This document shows positions 1 through 9,022 of a stretch of DNA of 64,000 nt, piece after piece. The DNA is from Phage NC-G, in the sequence record MK310184. One strand, 5' to 3'. How positions within the stretch are numbered: position 1 is the first letter of the stretch; every line of letters begins with the position of its first letter. A model generated the notes under the pieces. The model had not been told where the DNA came from. It ran no database searches and saw only the letters and a program-made list of their open reading frames with translations. A program made the translations under genes and the position numbers.

Positions 1-147
1 CTCTGTTTCATTTTCTTTCAAGATATACGCTTCTTCAATCAGAGCATCAAACATCAATCCAAGACGGACTTCTGCATCTTTAATAGCGTTCACTTTACCG
101 ATTTTATCGTCGGTATGTGGCTTGTAGCCTTTGATGTCTTCAATCAT
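1..147 (-). CDS. Hypothetical protein, N-terminal part only; gene runs off the window start
   Basis: ATG at 147..145 preceded by a GGAAGTGA Shine-Dalgarno; reading frame stays open to position 1; ATGA overlap with the upstream gene stop. Confidence 0.45.
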   Translation of the reverse strand, partial: MIEDIKGYKPHTDDKIGKVNAIKDAEVRLGLMFDALIEEAYILKENETE

Positions 148-362
148 TTCACTTCCTCACCTGTTGCAATATCATATTCAACTAAACGAAGCCCATCCGT
201 CCAACCTTGCACGGAGATATAAGTTGTTGGATAAACCATTTCTTTACCGTTCCATTGGCCACCGTCCCAAACTTCCAGAAAGCTTTGTTCGCCTGGTCCA
301 TTAAACCATTCAACGAATCTTTTCAAGGCTGCATCAGAGCCTTCAATCGTCAGTTTAGACAT
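144..362 (-). CDS. Hypothetical small protein, 72 aa
   Basis: ORF in the track, same strand as and tightly packed with neighbouring genes. Confidence 0.45.
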   Translation of the reverse strand: MSKLTIEGSDAALKRFVEWFNGPGEQSFLEVWDGGQWNGKEMVYPTTYISVQGWTDGLRLVEYDIATGEEVK

Positions 363-651
363 ATTTTTTCCAGTCAGAAATCATACGAATCTCTTGGTCA
401 TACGTCAAGAGACTACGAGTAATAATACCCTTACAAGGCCCTGAGATGAACTCGAGGGTGAAATAAGGAACCTGTTTCATTAATCGGATACTAGGAGCGT
501 GACATCTAAAACGAGAGCCCTTAAAGGGCCCTGACATGAATACATATTCTAATGGATAGAAATAAGCATATTCGAAATTTGTAGTAAGGTCCTCTCTTCG
601 AACCTTACGTGAGAAATAACAGAACTCAAAAAGTTCTTCATCAGTCATCAT
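355..651 (-). CDS. Hypothetical protein, 98 aa, with an internal duplicated GPxKG motif
   Basis: ORF in the track; two similar segments (SGPFKGSRF and SGPCKGIIT) in the protein; overlaps neighbours by a few nt. Confidence 0.4.
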   Translation of the reverse strand: MMTDEELFEFCYFSRKVRREDLTTNFEYAYFYPLEYVFMSGPFKGSRFRCHAPSIRLMKQVPYFTLEFISGPCKGIITRSLLTYDQEIRMISDWKKYV

Positions 652-1175
652 TGCATTCCTATCACAAAGAACAGCGGCAGAGGTTTAGAACCCTGGCACA
701 TAAATTTATTAATCATTACCTGGTAAGCTTCATAGAACTTATCCATCGCTGGAAGGCGCATTGGCTCTTCGATAATAATCAATAATCGAGTAACTGATAG
801 ACCACGATACTTATGGAAATTATCTTCGTCTAAAAATGAACGCACGGTATCATATACAACAAACCCGGGACCTTCTACTTGAAGATGCGGTTGGGCCTTA
901 GAAACCTGTTTTATTACATTACAGATTTCTCGTGAGCGATGTGAAGAACTTGACATAACAATCACATCATTACCCTTGGAAACCCAATCAGCGGCGAACT
1001 GAGCAATGGCACTTGTTTTACCTGTTTGGCGCCCGCCGTCAAGCCGAAGAGTACCAAACTCTTGCATTCTTGAAGTGGGTTCGTACCAGGTATATTGGTC
1101 TGAGTCTAATCGTTCAATGGCGCGTTCAGCGAAGGCGTGCATTAAGGTTAGATAAATGGGAGTTAAAAATTTCAT
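648..1175 (-). CDS. Small P-loop NTPase-like protein, 175 aa
   Basis: Walker A-like GGRQTGKTS and Walker B-like LLIIIEE in the translation; ATG at 1175..1173. Confidence 0.5.
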   Translation of the reverse strand: MKFLTPIYLTLMHAFAERAIERLDSDQYTWYEPTSRMQEFGTLRLDGGRQTGKTSAIAQFAADWVSKGNDVIVMSSSSHRSREICNVIKQVSKAQPHLQVEGPGFVVYDTVRSFLDEDNFHKYRGLSVTRLLIIIEEPMRLPAMDKFYEAYQVMINKFMCQGSKPLPLFFVIGMQ

Positions 1176-1335
1176 AGTCGTCTCTTAGTTGTGGGGCCAT
1201 TCCTTGGCACATAATTCATCCATGTATCCGTATGTAAACCCTTTACCGCACTTGGGCTCGACCTTATTACAGGTAGGGAAAGGTCCATCACTCAGAGGAC
1301 TCGATGTTCATGAGGAGAGGGCCGGCTTGCCTTTA

Positions 1336-1635
1336 TTAGAAAGAACCAGAGCCTTTAATTGTGTTCTGGCGACCTTTATTTTCTAATTCAGAGTGGTCGA
1401 TTTCGTATGCTTGGGCTACACCAAAGGCCTTTTTAACTTTAGCTAAAGAGCCTTTAGACGTAACAATATTAAAAGTATTACCTTTGGTAAAATCAACCAA
1501 ATCCACTTGTACACCCTGTTTGCCGAGGCTTGCTACAATAGCATCAACATATTGTTGGTCTAAGGTGCCTTGGACCCCAATTTGGAATGCTTTAGGAGCT
1601 TTGGCTTCTGTGATAAATTCTTGATAAGTTTTCAT
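1336..1635 (-). CDS. Internal-protein-like capsid-targeted protein, 99 aa
   Basis: N-terminus MKTYQEFITEA matches the T4 IP capsid-targeting sequence; paralogue of the ORF at 15267..15578 (shared FGVA and RQNTI segments). Confidence 0.6.
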   Translation of the reverse strand: MKTYQEFITEAKAPKAFQIGVQGTLDQQYVDAIVASLGKQGVQVDLVDFTKGNTFNIVTSKGSLAKVKKAFGVAQAYEIDHSELENKGRQNTIKGSGSF

Positions 1636-1677
1636 ATTATTCCTTAAGTTGATAGAAGTATTCTATCACGGATTTAA

Positions 1678-2094
1678 TTAAGCGTAAATAGCCTTGCCAT
1701 AATGTTTGTACCAGGTAGGACGCTGTGCAATTTTTTCGTCCAAACGAGCTTGTGAAATGGCGATGGAAGCTTCGTGTGGAGTATAATCACCACGGAATTC
1801 CTGAGGAATATCACTAATGTCCTGGACCGTAGTATCCTTGATATTAAAACCACGTTTTAAACATTCGGCTATAAGCTCGATTTGACGTTTACGTAAAAAT
1901 TCAAGCTTATCATAAAAGAAAGTAACATGGCCTGTACCAAGGATAAAAGTAGAGCTAATTTTAAAATCACGAACACGTTTACCATTAGCAACATGCTTAC
2001 GAACTGCGCCGAAAACACGTGGTAATTCGCGATATTCAGCCATTAAGTGTTGGTCGGCCAATTCAGATACTAAGGTAAGGTTGATACGAGTCAT
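1678..2094 (-). CDS. denV: Endonuclease V (pyrimidine-dimer DNA glycosylase)
   Basis: Translation from [44 protein letters not shown] is near-identical to T4 endonuclease V as I recall it; start set at the internal Met to give the catalytic Thr2 N-terminus. Confidence 0.9.
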   Translation of the reverse strand: MTRINLTLVSELADQHLMAEYRELPRVFGAVRKHVANGKRVRDFKISSTFILGTGHVTFFYDKLEFLRKRQIELIAECLKRGFNIKDTTVQDISDIPQEFRGDYTPHEASIAISQARLDEKIAQRPTWYKHYGKAIYA

Positions 2095-2109
2095 TTTAGT
2101 GTTCTCCAT

Positions 2110-2150
2110 GTTTGTATGAGAACACTATATCACAGCTAGTGTAAAAGTAA
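2110..2150 (-). promoter_or_regulatory. Early promoter-like element with embedded inverted repeat, upstream of denV
   Basis: Minus strand reads GTTTACT, about 16 nt, TGATATAGT; CACTA/TAGTG inverted repeat spans the -10. Confidence 0.4.
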
Positions 2151-2154
2151 ACTG

Positions 2155-2457
2155 TTATTTAGCTTTAATTGCTTTAGCTGCTTCGGTAGCCGCTTGCTGA
2201 AGGTCATCCATAGACATACCGAACTTAGAAGCAAAGTTATCAATTTTCTTTTCGACAGAATTCAAAGGCTTGGCCTGTTTACCTTCATTAGCGCCCGGGA
2301 GAGCGAGAATACGCTCTTTGTCAATATAAAGGCTTACAAGTTTCTTACGGTCTTTATCCGACAAATCATGAAATGAATGGGCCTTTTTATTTACAGCGGC
2401 TTCTAATTTACCTGCGGTTACGCGGGCTTCAGTGATAAATTCTTGATAGGTTTTCAT
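2155..2457 (-). CDS. ipII: Internal protein II-like, 100 aa
   Basis: MKTYQEFITEA leader; size and position (between denV and the ipIII-like gene) match T4 ipII. Confidence 0.65.
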   Translation of the reverse strand: MKTYQEFITEARVTAGKLEAAVNKKAHSFHDLSDKDRKKLVSLYIDKERILALPGANEGKQAKPLNSVEKKIDNFASKFGMSMDDLQQAATEAAKAIKAK

Positions 2458-2485
2458 ATGTTTCCTTTAAAGGTAAATCGCTTTA

Positions 2486-3082
2486 TTAATTACCACGGGC
2501 TGCATTAGCAACGGCGTAAGCGTACTGAATATTAGCATCTTTAAACATACCTTTAGAGGTATCTATTTCCGCCTTAAAGCCACCTTTAGTCATAACATCG
2601 GCAAATTCTTTACGGAAAGCCATTGCATCAAGACCTTTCCATGCGGATTTGTGCTTGGCAAATTCAAGTCCGGCGAAGTTAACTGCTTTAGCTAATTTAT
2701 TATCAATAGTCCATTTACCTGCTTTAGGTACAAATACCGGACCTTTCTGTTTAGAGAACAGTTTTAAATTCCAGCGACGAAGGTCACCGTCAGCTTTAAC
2801 AAAAGCTGCGTCCAAGTTACTAGCAACAACATCTTGGATATGGGCAAATTTAAGCCCATCAGCTTCAATATTTAGGTCGTTACGCCAGCGAAGTCCTTCC
2901 CAAGCGAAAGCTTTAAAGTCGGAAGCTTTTGTAGCCAAGTACCGTTCAATAGGAGCTGTTTTAGCGTCAAAACCATTTCCTGGGCGGTCAACGCCGTTTC
3001 CTCGGTAAGTCCACTCATCTTTATTAATACCGCTGACCTTTCCTACAGAAGCTTCGGCGATAAATTCTTTATACGTTTTCAT
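2486..3082 (-). CDS. ipIII: Internal protein III-like, 198 aa
   Basis: MKTYKEFIAEA leader; size and position next to e match T4 ipIII. Confidence 0.6.
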   Translation of the reverse strand: MKTYKEFIAEASVGKVSGINKDEWTYRGNGVDRPGNGFDAKTAPIERYLATKASDFKAFAWEGLRWRNDLNIEADGLKFAHIQDVVASNLDAAFVKADGDLRRWNLKLFSKQKGPVFVPKAGKWTIDNKLAKAVNFAGLEFAKHKSAWKGLDAMAFRKEFADVMTKGGFKAEIDTSKGMFKDANIQYAYAVANAARGN

Positions 3083-3124
3083 ACGGGTTCCTTAAAGGTA
3101 AATATTTTAATTAGCCTGTTCAAG

Positions 3125-3165
3125 TAACTGTAGATATACTATCACAATTCTAGGAGATGTAAACT
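3125..3165 (-). promoter_or_regulatory. Early promoter-like element upstream of the ipIII-like gene
   Basis: Minus strand reads GTTTACA, 16 nt, TGATAGTAT. Confidence 0.4.
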
Positions 3166-3563
3166 TATTTGTAGGTTTTCATCCAATTCTTGAACAAAGC
3201 CGCGACGTCTTTCTCTTTAACGTTCAGTTTAACGTCCAACATTTTACCACCCGCTGCTCTCGTTTGGCGAATCTTAGCAGTACCGGTTTCGCCATTCCAC
3301 TCAACATAATACTGTCCAGTGTTCATTGCAATACCATCGCCATAGTCTTCATTTTTAGAAGTGGTGAATGCCAGCTTCATAGTCTTAGATACACGAGCCT
3401 GCATGCCTGACTGAAGGGCATTACGAACGCGAATAACCTGAGGAGTGGCCTGGGTTAGGTTCTCATTCAGTTCTTCAGTGAACTCTTCAGATTCAAACAT
3501 CGCCAAAAGTTCTTTAGATGCAGGAATTACATTCTCTGCGATAAATTCATTATAAGTTTTCAT
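3165..3563 (-). CDS. Additional internal-protein-like capsid-targeted protein, 132 aa
   Basis: [11 protein letters not shown] leader; sits between e and the ipIII-like gene, where T4 has no gene. Confidence 0.55.
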   Translation of the reverse strand: MKTYNEFIAENVIPASKELLAMFESEEFTEELNENLTQATPQVIRVRNALQSGMQARVSKTMKLAFTTSKNEDYGDGIAMNTGQYYVEWNGETGTAKIRQTRAAGGKMLDVKLNVKEKDVAALFKNWMKTYK

Positions 3564-4044
3564 ATGCTTTCCAAGTACCTGTTTTAAATGTTGAAATCAC
3601 GCGCTTAGCACGATTAGGAGTTTGTTTATACCAACGGGATTGAGCCAGGTTAACTGCCGCATCGTTCCAACGTTTCTGTTGGAGCATACGTAAGGAGTTA
3701 GTGAACCCTGCTACACCTGCTTCACCCATTTGGAAGACCATATTAATTAGTGCACAACGACGAACTTCATCCAGTACATCATAAACAGGTTTCAATTTAG
3801 GATTACGCAGAATAGCTCTACGAGCATTTTCAACCGACCGGTTAAAGAGTTGTTCGGCTTCAGTCATTGTAATACGACCATTACAAACTCGACCCATAAG
3901 TTTATCAAGTTCGGCACGAGCAACATCTTTAGAAGGATTCTTGGTTATCAATTGGCCGATGCCAATAGTCCAATAACCCTCGGTATCTTTATACAAATCA
4001 AGTTTAAGGCCTTCGTCAATACGAAGCATTTCAAAAATATCCAT
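3550..4044 (-). CDS. e: Endolysin (T4 lysozyme, muramidase)
   Basis: 164 aa; [30 protein letters not shown] and [30 protein letters not shown] are near-identical to T4 lysozyme including the catalytic E11/D20/T26 context. Confidence 0.95.
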   Translation of the reverse strand: MDIFEMLRIDEGLKLDLYKDTEGYWTIGIGQLITKNPSKDVARAELDKLMGRVCNGRITMTEAEQLFNRSVENARRAILRNPKLKPVYDVLDEVRRCALINMVFQMGEAGVAGFTNSLRMLQQKRWNDAAVNLAQSRWYKQTPNRAKRVISTFKTGTWKAYENL

Positions 4045-4048
4045 AATA

Positions 4049-4065
4049 CCTCCTGAGTATAGGAG
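4049..4065 (-). promoter_or_regulatory. Hairpin sequestering the gene e Shine-Dalgarno
   Basis: Minus strand CTCCTatactcAGGAGG immediately 5' of the e ATG; a GATAAATA late-promoter-like motif lies just upstream (plus 4068..4075). Confidence 0.5.
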
Positions 4066-4078
4066 ATATTTATCATTC

Positions 4079-4528
4079 TTAGAACAACGAACTCAGGACC
4101 TTATACATCGACTGACCCATGACATATTCCCATTGCGGACGTTTAATCAAGGCGAAAGCATCGAACTCAGGAATACTACGACCGTCAGGGAACGTATGAT
4201 AAGCCGTACATTTGCAATCCTTGAACTGCTCGTGTTCCACAGGCACTGTATATAAGAACAGATGTAGATTCTTATTGCTTGAATATTTGAACTCACCTAG
4301 GTCTTTCAGGAATGCAGGATCGTATGCTGTGAATCCAATCTCTTCTTCAGTTTCACGCATAGCCGCTTGAATTGGTTCTTCACCCGGTTCAACATGACCT
4401 TTAGGAATGTCCCATTTATGATGCATATTCTCTGGATTACGAGAGCCTGTTACACGACCCATAACTAATTCTTTATCAACGGTCATGAACAAAATACCGG
4501 CTGATAGTTCTTTAACTTTCTTACTCAT
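4079..4528 (-). CDS. nudE: Nudix hydrolase
   Basis: Nudix box [22 protein letters not shown]; position directly next to e as T4 e.1; start set at MSKKVKEL, whose ATG overlaps the upstream stop. Confidence 0.85.
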   Translation of the reverse strand: MSKKVKELSAGILFMTVDKELVMGRVTGSRNPENMHHKWDIPKGHVEPGEEPIQAAMRETEEEIGFTAYDPAFLKDLGEFKYSSNKNLHLFLYTVPVEHEQFKDCKCTAYHTFPDGRSIPEFDAFALIKRPQWEYVMGQSMYKVLSSLF

Positions 4529-4760
4529 CGTCTCGTTTCCATGATTGGTTAAAAATATCTTGCATAATAATAATTTCAAGGCGTGTTTCTGTTGATGGAC
4601 TTTCACTATTAGATACTTGAACCATATAGTCGGAAATAGGTTGGAACATATCCAAGTCGCTTTCCAAATCTTCTTTTATTTTCTCTTCTGATGTTCCTGT
4701 GTCATAGGAATACAGATATGAATCACACGACTCGGATTTAATATAAATCGCAATACTCAT
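4521..4760 (-). CDS. Hypothetical small acidic protein, 79 aa
   Basis: ORF in the track; its TGA overlaps the nudE ATG. Confidence 0.45.
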   Translation of the reverse strand: MSIAIYIKSESCDSYLYSYDTGTSEEKIKEDLESDLDMFQPISDYMVQVSNSESPSTETRLEIIIMQDIFNQSWKRDDE

Positions 4761-5344
4761 TTACGGCATTCCTCAATAAAAGAATTCAATGTATTTTTCT
4801 TAGTGATATCGTCGTATAGCTTTTTAACTTTAGAAATACGAAAAGGCACTTCAATAACTGCAGTCCATAAAAATGATGCGATAAGACCTAAGATAGCCGC
4901 AGACATAGCTGAAGCGAATACAGAAATAGGCAGGTCGTTATCTGTTGTCAGGAAAAACCCTAGGAGTGGGAAAAATAATATACCCATCCAAACATAGAAT
5001 CTAGAACTCACCAATTTGTCATATTCATCACTCCACGTACGAAAACCATATTTTTCACTATAACAAATCAATGGGTCCGGTGTTTGTTCTTTATGTGGTT
5101 TCGCTTGCCACCCATTTACGATATAACCCATTCTGAACTCCTCAATTAAAAGTCGTTTCATTTCAGCAGTACAGCCTGACCAATCTACTGTACTGGCTGA
5201 AATTCCTTCATCACCATCATCAAGATTCAGCCAGGACTTTTTAATAATCATATTCTCACCACTTGGGATAATAATTCCGGCATTTTCTGACCTACGGATG
5301 AAGTTTGTATCAATACCCATACACCCAGGTTCATAAAGGGCCAT
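4757..5344 (-). CDS. Hypothetical membrane protein, 195 aa, ending in FIEECRK
   Basis: Two hydrophobic segments (FYVWMGILFFPLLGFFL and AAILGLIASFLWTAVI); C-terminal motif shared with two other ORFs. Confidence 0.5.
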   Translation of the reverse strand: MALYEPGCMGIDTNFIRRSENAGIIIPSGENMIIKKSWLNLDDGDEGISASTVDWSGCTAEMKRLLIEEFRMGYIVNGWQAKPHKEQTPDPLICYSEKYGFRTWSDEYDKLVSSRFYVWMGILFFPLLGFFLTTDNDLPISVFASAMSAAILGLIASFLWTAVIEVPFRISKVKKLYDDITKKNTLNSFIEECRK

Positions 5345-6030
5345 TACCAGCCCTCCATAGGGAATTCCAGATAAACTTGGGCATTAACGCGGATTTCATT
5401 GGTAATATTTTTAACACGGTCAGTGTTACGAGATACACGTCCAAACCAGCGCCAGCCGTTACTTACCGTACGAGAACCAGTATGCCAGGTTTGCCAATCA
5501 AACTGCAAGAGTGTACGGTCCGGAGCTTCCCACTGTTCTAATTCACCTGATTCAATTTTGGCCAAGACTTCTTTATGCCATTGGCGATAAATCAATTCAC
5601 CTTCTGGGATTTCACTAAAGGTGGCTTCACCGGTAGCAAAATGGGTAGGACACACATCAGCGTTAACAAGACCAAGAATGTGTTCAGACAAATAGTGAGG
5701 ATTGTCATAATCGGGTTGACCTGCAGTAATAAAATGTTGGCCCGTTGGAATAGGTGGACGTGGAACATCGTCGTGGTGATAACCTGGGATAGCCGGATAC
5801 CAGCCAGGCATCAACATATGCACACGTGAATCAAACACTACTTGATCATTATTCCAATCATCAGGCAAGTTCATAATAAAAGAGCGAGTAATAGGACCAC
5901 CATTATTATAAGCAAATTCTAAACTACAGTTGAAGAACATAGGCTCGTTCTTGATTTTATCATTAGAAATACCGCCAGCAAAACCACCTACTGCACGAGC
6001 TTTAGAATTAAAAGTTTTCGGACCGTTCAT
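5344..6030 (-). CDS. Hypothetical protein, 228 aa
   Basis: Long ORF, same strand, abuts neighbours. Confidence 0.5.
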   Translation of the reverse strand: MNGPKTFNSKARAVGGFAGGISNDKIKNEPMFFNCSLEFAYNNGGPITRSFIMNLPDDWNNDQVVFDSRVHMLMPGWYPAIPGYHHDDVPRPPIPTGQHFITAGQPDYDNPHYLSEHILGLVNADVCPTHFATGEATFSEIPEGELIYRQWHKEVLAKIESGELEQWEAPDRTLLQFDWQTWHTGSRTVSNGWRWFGRVSRNTDRVKNITNEIRVNAQVYLEFPMEGW

Positions 6031-6044
6031 AATATTTTCCTCGC

Positions 6045-6257
6045 TTACTTTTTGTTGAAAAAGTACATTTTACCTTTAGGAGATAAGGATACACGAAGTG
6101 CGTTACCAATACCAACTGAACATTTAACCAGGTCAGCAGATTTCAATTCACCAAATGCTTGACGAAGGTCACCGTCACGAGTGTTAACCATCAGACATTT
6201 AGCACCAGCTGCACGAACTTCGTTTAACATGTTGATTGCTTGGTTAGAAAGTTTCAT
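6045..6257 (-). CDS. Hypothetical small protein, 70 aa
   Basis: Start at MKLSNQ preceded by GGAGAAT; promoter cassette directly upstream. Confidence 0.45.
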   Translation of the reverse strand: MKLSNQAINMLNEVRAAGAKCLMVNTRDGDLRQAFGELKSADLVKCSVGIGNALRVSLSPKGKMYFFNKK

Positions 6258-6284
6258 TTTATTCTCCATTTCACTCTGTTGTTT

Positions 6285-6325
6285 TGATAGGTCTATAGTA
6301 TCACACCTATAGACCTTGTACACTG
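6285..6325 (-). promoter_or_regulatory. Early promoter plus stem-loop cassette (PeSL-like)
   Basis: Minus strand GTGTACA, then GGTCTATAGgtgTGATACTATAGACC (9-bp stem enclosing an extended -10), then conserved leader CTATCAAAACAACAG. Confidence 0.5.
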
Positions 6326-6335
6326 TTTTATGCAA

Positions 6336-7295
6336 TTATTTTTCGAAAGGGCGAATTAAATGTTGGTTACGCTTAAACCGGTTGATGTAGTCACTTTCAC
6401 CTAGGGTCTTATACATATTCACTACAGCTTGGTAGTTTTCCCAGGCGTACTCACGGAACCACCCGGAAGTAATTGAGGTACACACTTTCTCAAGAGCCAT
6501 ATAAAAACTTAACGATGGTGAAATATTAAAGTCATTAGGAACCTGCGAACGTTCTAGTGCCAACACACAGGTTTCTTCATATACACCAGCCAGTTTAATA
6601 GCTTCAGGCAAAGCTTCAAACTTCTCACGCGAGGTCATGACTTCAGAACCATCTTTCATATAAAAGGTATATGCCGGACGTCCAGCCAATGCCACGGCTT
6701 CATGAATAGAGTCATGGTCTAATGTATAAATGGTATCATTAAAGAACGATGATTTGTTAACGTCTAATTTAGGGTGGGAATAGCTCAACGTTTCTTTCTG
6801 ACGTTGCAGCATGATTTCTTGGAGCTCTTCATTCAAGGTTACACCTTTATTACGAAGGTATTTGATGTGAGACATCGTCTTCAGAAAGAACGGGTTGTTC
6901 TTCAAATATCGATGGCTCATTTTGATAGCCAGACAGATATCAGGCGTGGCCCAATAGAAACCAGTAAGACGGTCCTTTTTAATATGATTTTCAGCATATT
7001 TCAAAAGACGATAGCTTGAAGTGAAATCTTCGTCTTGGAGCTCACCGGTGATTTCTCGTACGTTAGTCAGAGCACGGACAATATAAGCTTCAAAATAGGT
7101 TTCTTTACCATTGTACATACATTTAAAGGCTTGGACATCAGGGTTATCCACAGGAACATGGGCACCAAACATCCGAGCTTTAAAGTGATTCCACGAGCCT
7201 TGGTCGGCAATGAAATCCCAATCAGAATTTTCGATATACTTACTTTCAATCAAACCAGCGTGGTGCAGTGCACGAGAACCAATAACTAGCATCAT
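6336..7295 (-). CDS. Hypothetical protein, 319 aa
   Basis: Long ORF with ATGATG start and GAGGAAAATATT Shine-Dalgarno; no family recognised by eye. Confidence 0.55.
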   Translation of the reverse strand: MMLVIGSRALHHAGLIESKYIENSDWDFIADQGSWNHFKARMFGAHVPVDNPDVQAFKCMYNGKETYFEAYIVRALTNVREITGELQDEDFTSSYRLLKYAENHIKKDRLTGFYWATPDICLAIKMSHRYLKNNPFFLKTMSHIKYLRNKGVTLNEELQEIMLQRQKETLSYSHPKLDVNKSSFFNDTIYTLDHDSIHEAVALAGRPAYTFYMKDGSEVMTSREKFEALPEAIKLAGVYEETCVLALERSQVPNDFNISPSLSFYMALEKVCTSITSGWFREYAWENYQAVVNMYKTLGESDYINRFKRNQHLIRPFEK

Positions 7296-7308
7296 AATAT
7301 TTTCCTCA

Positions 7309-7476
7309 TTAATAAAGACGAGTTACTTCATATTTACCCAATTCAGATTTTTTTGCTTCAATTCGAGTAACAGCAAGATTAGCAGCCTCTAGTGAAGAAA
7401 ATTGGACCACTTGGGAAGTATTCTGCCTTACGCCACCTTGTGGGTGAGTAACAAAAACAATAAGAACATTATACAT
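7309..7476 (-). CDS. Hypothetical small protein, 55 aa (below the ORF-track cutoff)
   Basis: ATG preceded by the same GAGGAAAATATT module used by the adjacent gene; translates MYNVLIVFVTHPQGG... Confidence 0.35.
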   Translation of the reverse strand: MYNVLIVFVTHPQGGVRQNTSQVVQFSSLEAANLAVTRIEAKKSELGKYEVTRLY

Positions 7477-7497
7477 AATATTTTCCTCAGAGTAAAC

Positions 7498-7737
7498 TTA
7501 AATTTCAGCAACATAATCGTTATGCAACTCCCACATATCATCAGAATTATTCTTAATGATAGGAATTATCTCATTAGAGATTTCTTCTGCATAAGGGTCA
7601 TTGATACAGTGGGCATCTTCAAAACGAACACCGTAATCGGACTTCTTATAGGCAAAGCCATAAATCTTTTTAAACTTGGCACGACTAATTCGTACCGGCT
7701 CACCAGACTTATCAGACAGTGGAGAGTAATACCACAT
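7498..7737 (-). CDS. Hypothetical small protein, 79 aa
   Basis: ORF with GAGGAGAACATT Shine-Dalgarno. Confidence 0.4.
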   Translation of the reverse strand: MWYYSPLSDKSGEPVRISRAKFKKIYGFAYKKSDYGVRFEDAHCINDPYAEEISNEIIPIIKNNSDDMWELHNDYVAEI

Positions 7738-7781
7738 AATGTTCTCCTCATGTTTGTGTAGGGTAATAGTAACACAAGTTT

Positions 7782-8111
7782 TTAGAGTTGTACATCACTT
7801 CTGCAATATTCTAAAAATAATTTATCGTTGTCTACGGTATCCCAACGTCGCCAAGATGGATTCCAGACCAAAGCATTGTCACCGCAATCATTGAGCTTAA
7901 AATGGTCATAGTACATAGCTATGCGTTTAGTCTCGTCACCGGAGAACCCTAGTATAGGCTCGCCGTGGGTATGATACATATGATGGTGCATTGAGAGGTC
8001 GCATTTATAAAACATCTCACGTTTACCACGAACGAACAAGAAAGCTTGCCCGTTCATATAGAATTCTTTATCGGTTTTCAAAAGATATTTGAATACTGAA
8101 TCTTTGTGCAT
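7782..8111 (-). CDS. Hypothetical His-rich protein, 109 aa
   Basis: Start at MHKDSV with GGAGGACTT Shine-Dalgarno; contains HHHMYHTHGEP. Confidence 0.45.
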   Translation of the reverse strand: MHKDSVFKYLLKTDKEFYMNGQAFLFVRGKREMFYKCDLSMHHHMYHTHGEPILGFSGDETKRIAMYYDHFKLNDCGDNALVWNPSWRRWDTVDNDKLFLEYCRSDVQL

Positions 8112-8141
8112 AAGTCCTCCTACCACATCCTTGTGGCTATA

Positions 8142-8369
8142 TTATTTTCCTAACGAAATACGAGTAGGTTTTTTGCCAAAGTATTCTTCATAAGAACCAT
8201 CTAAACGTCCTGCTTTAGACCGGCAATATGAATCATACTTTTTGTAATAAGTCATCTCAGTATTATAACGTGGGTGTCTATCAGCCATAATAATACTTAG
8301 TGGCCAACCTTTGGCATAATCGCGAAGACCATTTATTTTACGAATGTATCTTTTCTTTAATTTTAGCAT
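8142..8369 (-). CDS. Hypothetical basic small protein, 75 aa
   Basis: ORF in the track; ATG overlaps the upstream stop. Confidence 0.4.
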   Translation of the reverse strand: MLKLKKRYIRKINGLRDYAKGWPLSIIMADRHPRYNTEMTYYKKYDSYCRSKAGRLDGSYEEYFGKKPTRISLGK

Positions 8370-8587
8370 GAGCTCGGATACCAGATTTTACCATCGGAAC
8401 GAGCAACGAAGGTGCGACCAGCTTCTTCACCATAACAAGAGCTATTCAGCCAATCTTCAAGACGAACTTCACCATCGTAATCGTCTAACTCAACACCAAA
8501 ACTTTGAGCAGAAGCCATATCTTTTACTTTCTTATACAATGCAGCCAGTTCAAGAGCAGCTTTTTCTAATTCATTAATATCAGACAT
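8363..8587 (-). CDS. Small acidic protein, tandem family member 5, 74 aa
   Basis: C-terminus IWYPSSC; N-terminal amphipathic helix; stop plus GGTGATAAA plus ATG coupling with the upstream gene. Confidence 0.5.
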   Translation of the reverse strand: MSDINELEKAALELAALYKKVKDMASAQSFGVELDDYDGEVRLEDWLNSSCYGEEAGRTFVARSDGKIWYPSSC

Positions 8588-8596
8588 TTTATCACC

Positions 8597-8806
8597 TTAG
8601 CAAGACATAGAGGATGTAAACCAGAAACCTTCACCATCTGGGATACCGTAATCATCACGGACCCATTCGTAATCATCATATTCCGGACTAGAAGCCGGAA
8701 TATATTCTTCGCCACCGGCGTGGAAGTGCTGACCTGTTTCGTCAGCCACGGACTGGCCTTTACGTACTAATTCACGGATTTGTTTTTCAATTTCATCAAT
8801 AGTCAT
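8597..8806 (-). CDS. Small acidic protein, tandem family member 4, 69 aa
   Basis: C-terminus FWFTSSMSC; same architecture as neighbours. Confidence 0.5.
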   Translation of the reverse strand: MTIDEIEKQIRELVRKGQSVADETGQHFHAGGEEYIPASSPEYDDYEWVRDDYGIPDGEGFWFTSSMSC

Positions 8807-8815
8807 TTTATTACC

Positions 8816-9013
8816 TTAGCATTCGTAAGAGGACGATACCCAAGAGGTACCGCTAATAGTAATACAACCGTTATAAAGCGTGATATGTCGTTCTAGGTCA
8901 CGAACACCATCGATATAGATATCGGCTTCTTCACGTTCTTCTTTACAAATCTGGATAACGTTTTCAATAGCTGCGGCGGCAGTACGGATTGCACAATCTA
9001 ATTCACGAGACAT
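8816..9013 (-). CDS. Small acidic protein, tandem family member 3, 65 aa
   Basis: C-terminus SWVSSSYEC. Confidence 0.5.
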   Translation of the reverse strand: MSRELDCAIRTAAAAIENVIQICKEEREEADIYIDGVRDLERHITLYNGCITISGTSWVSSSYEC

Positions 9014-9022
9014 AATATTTCC

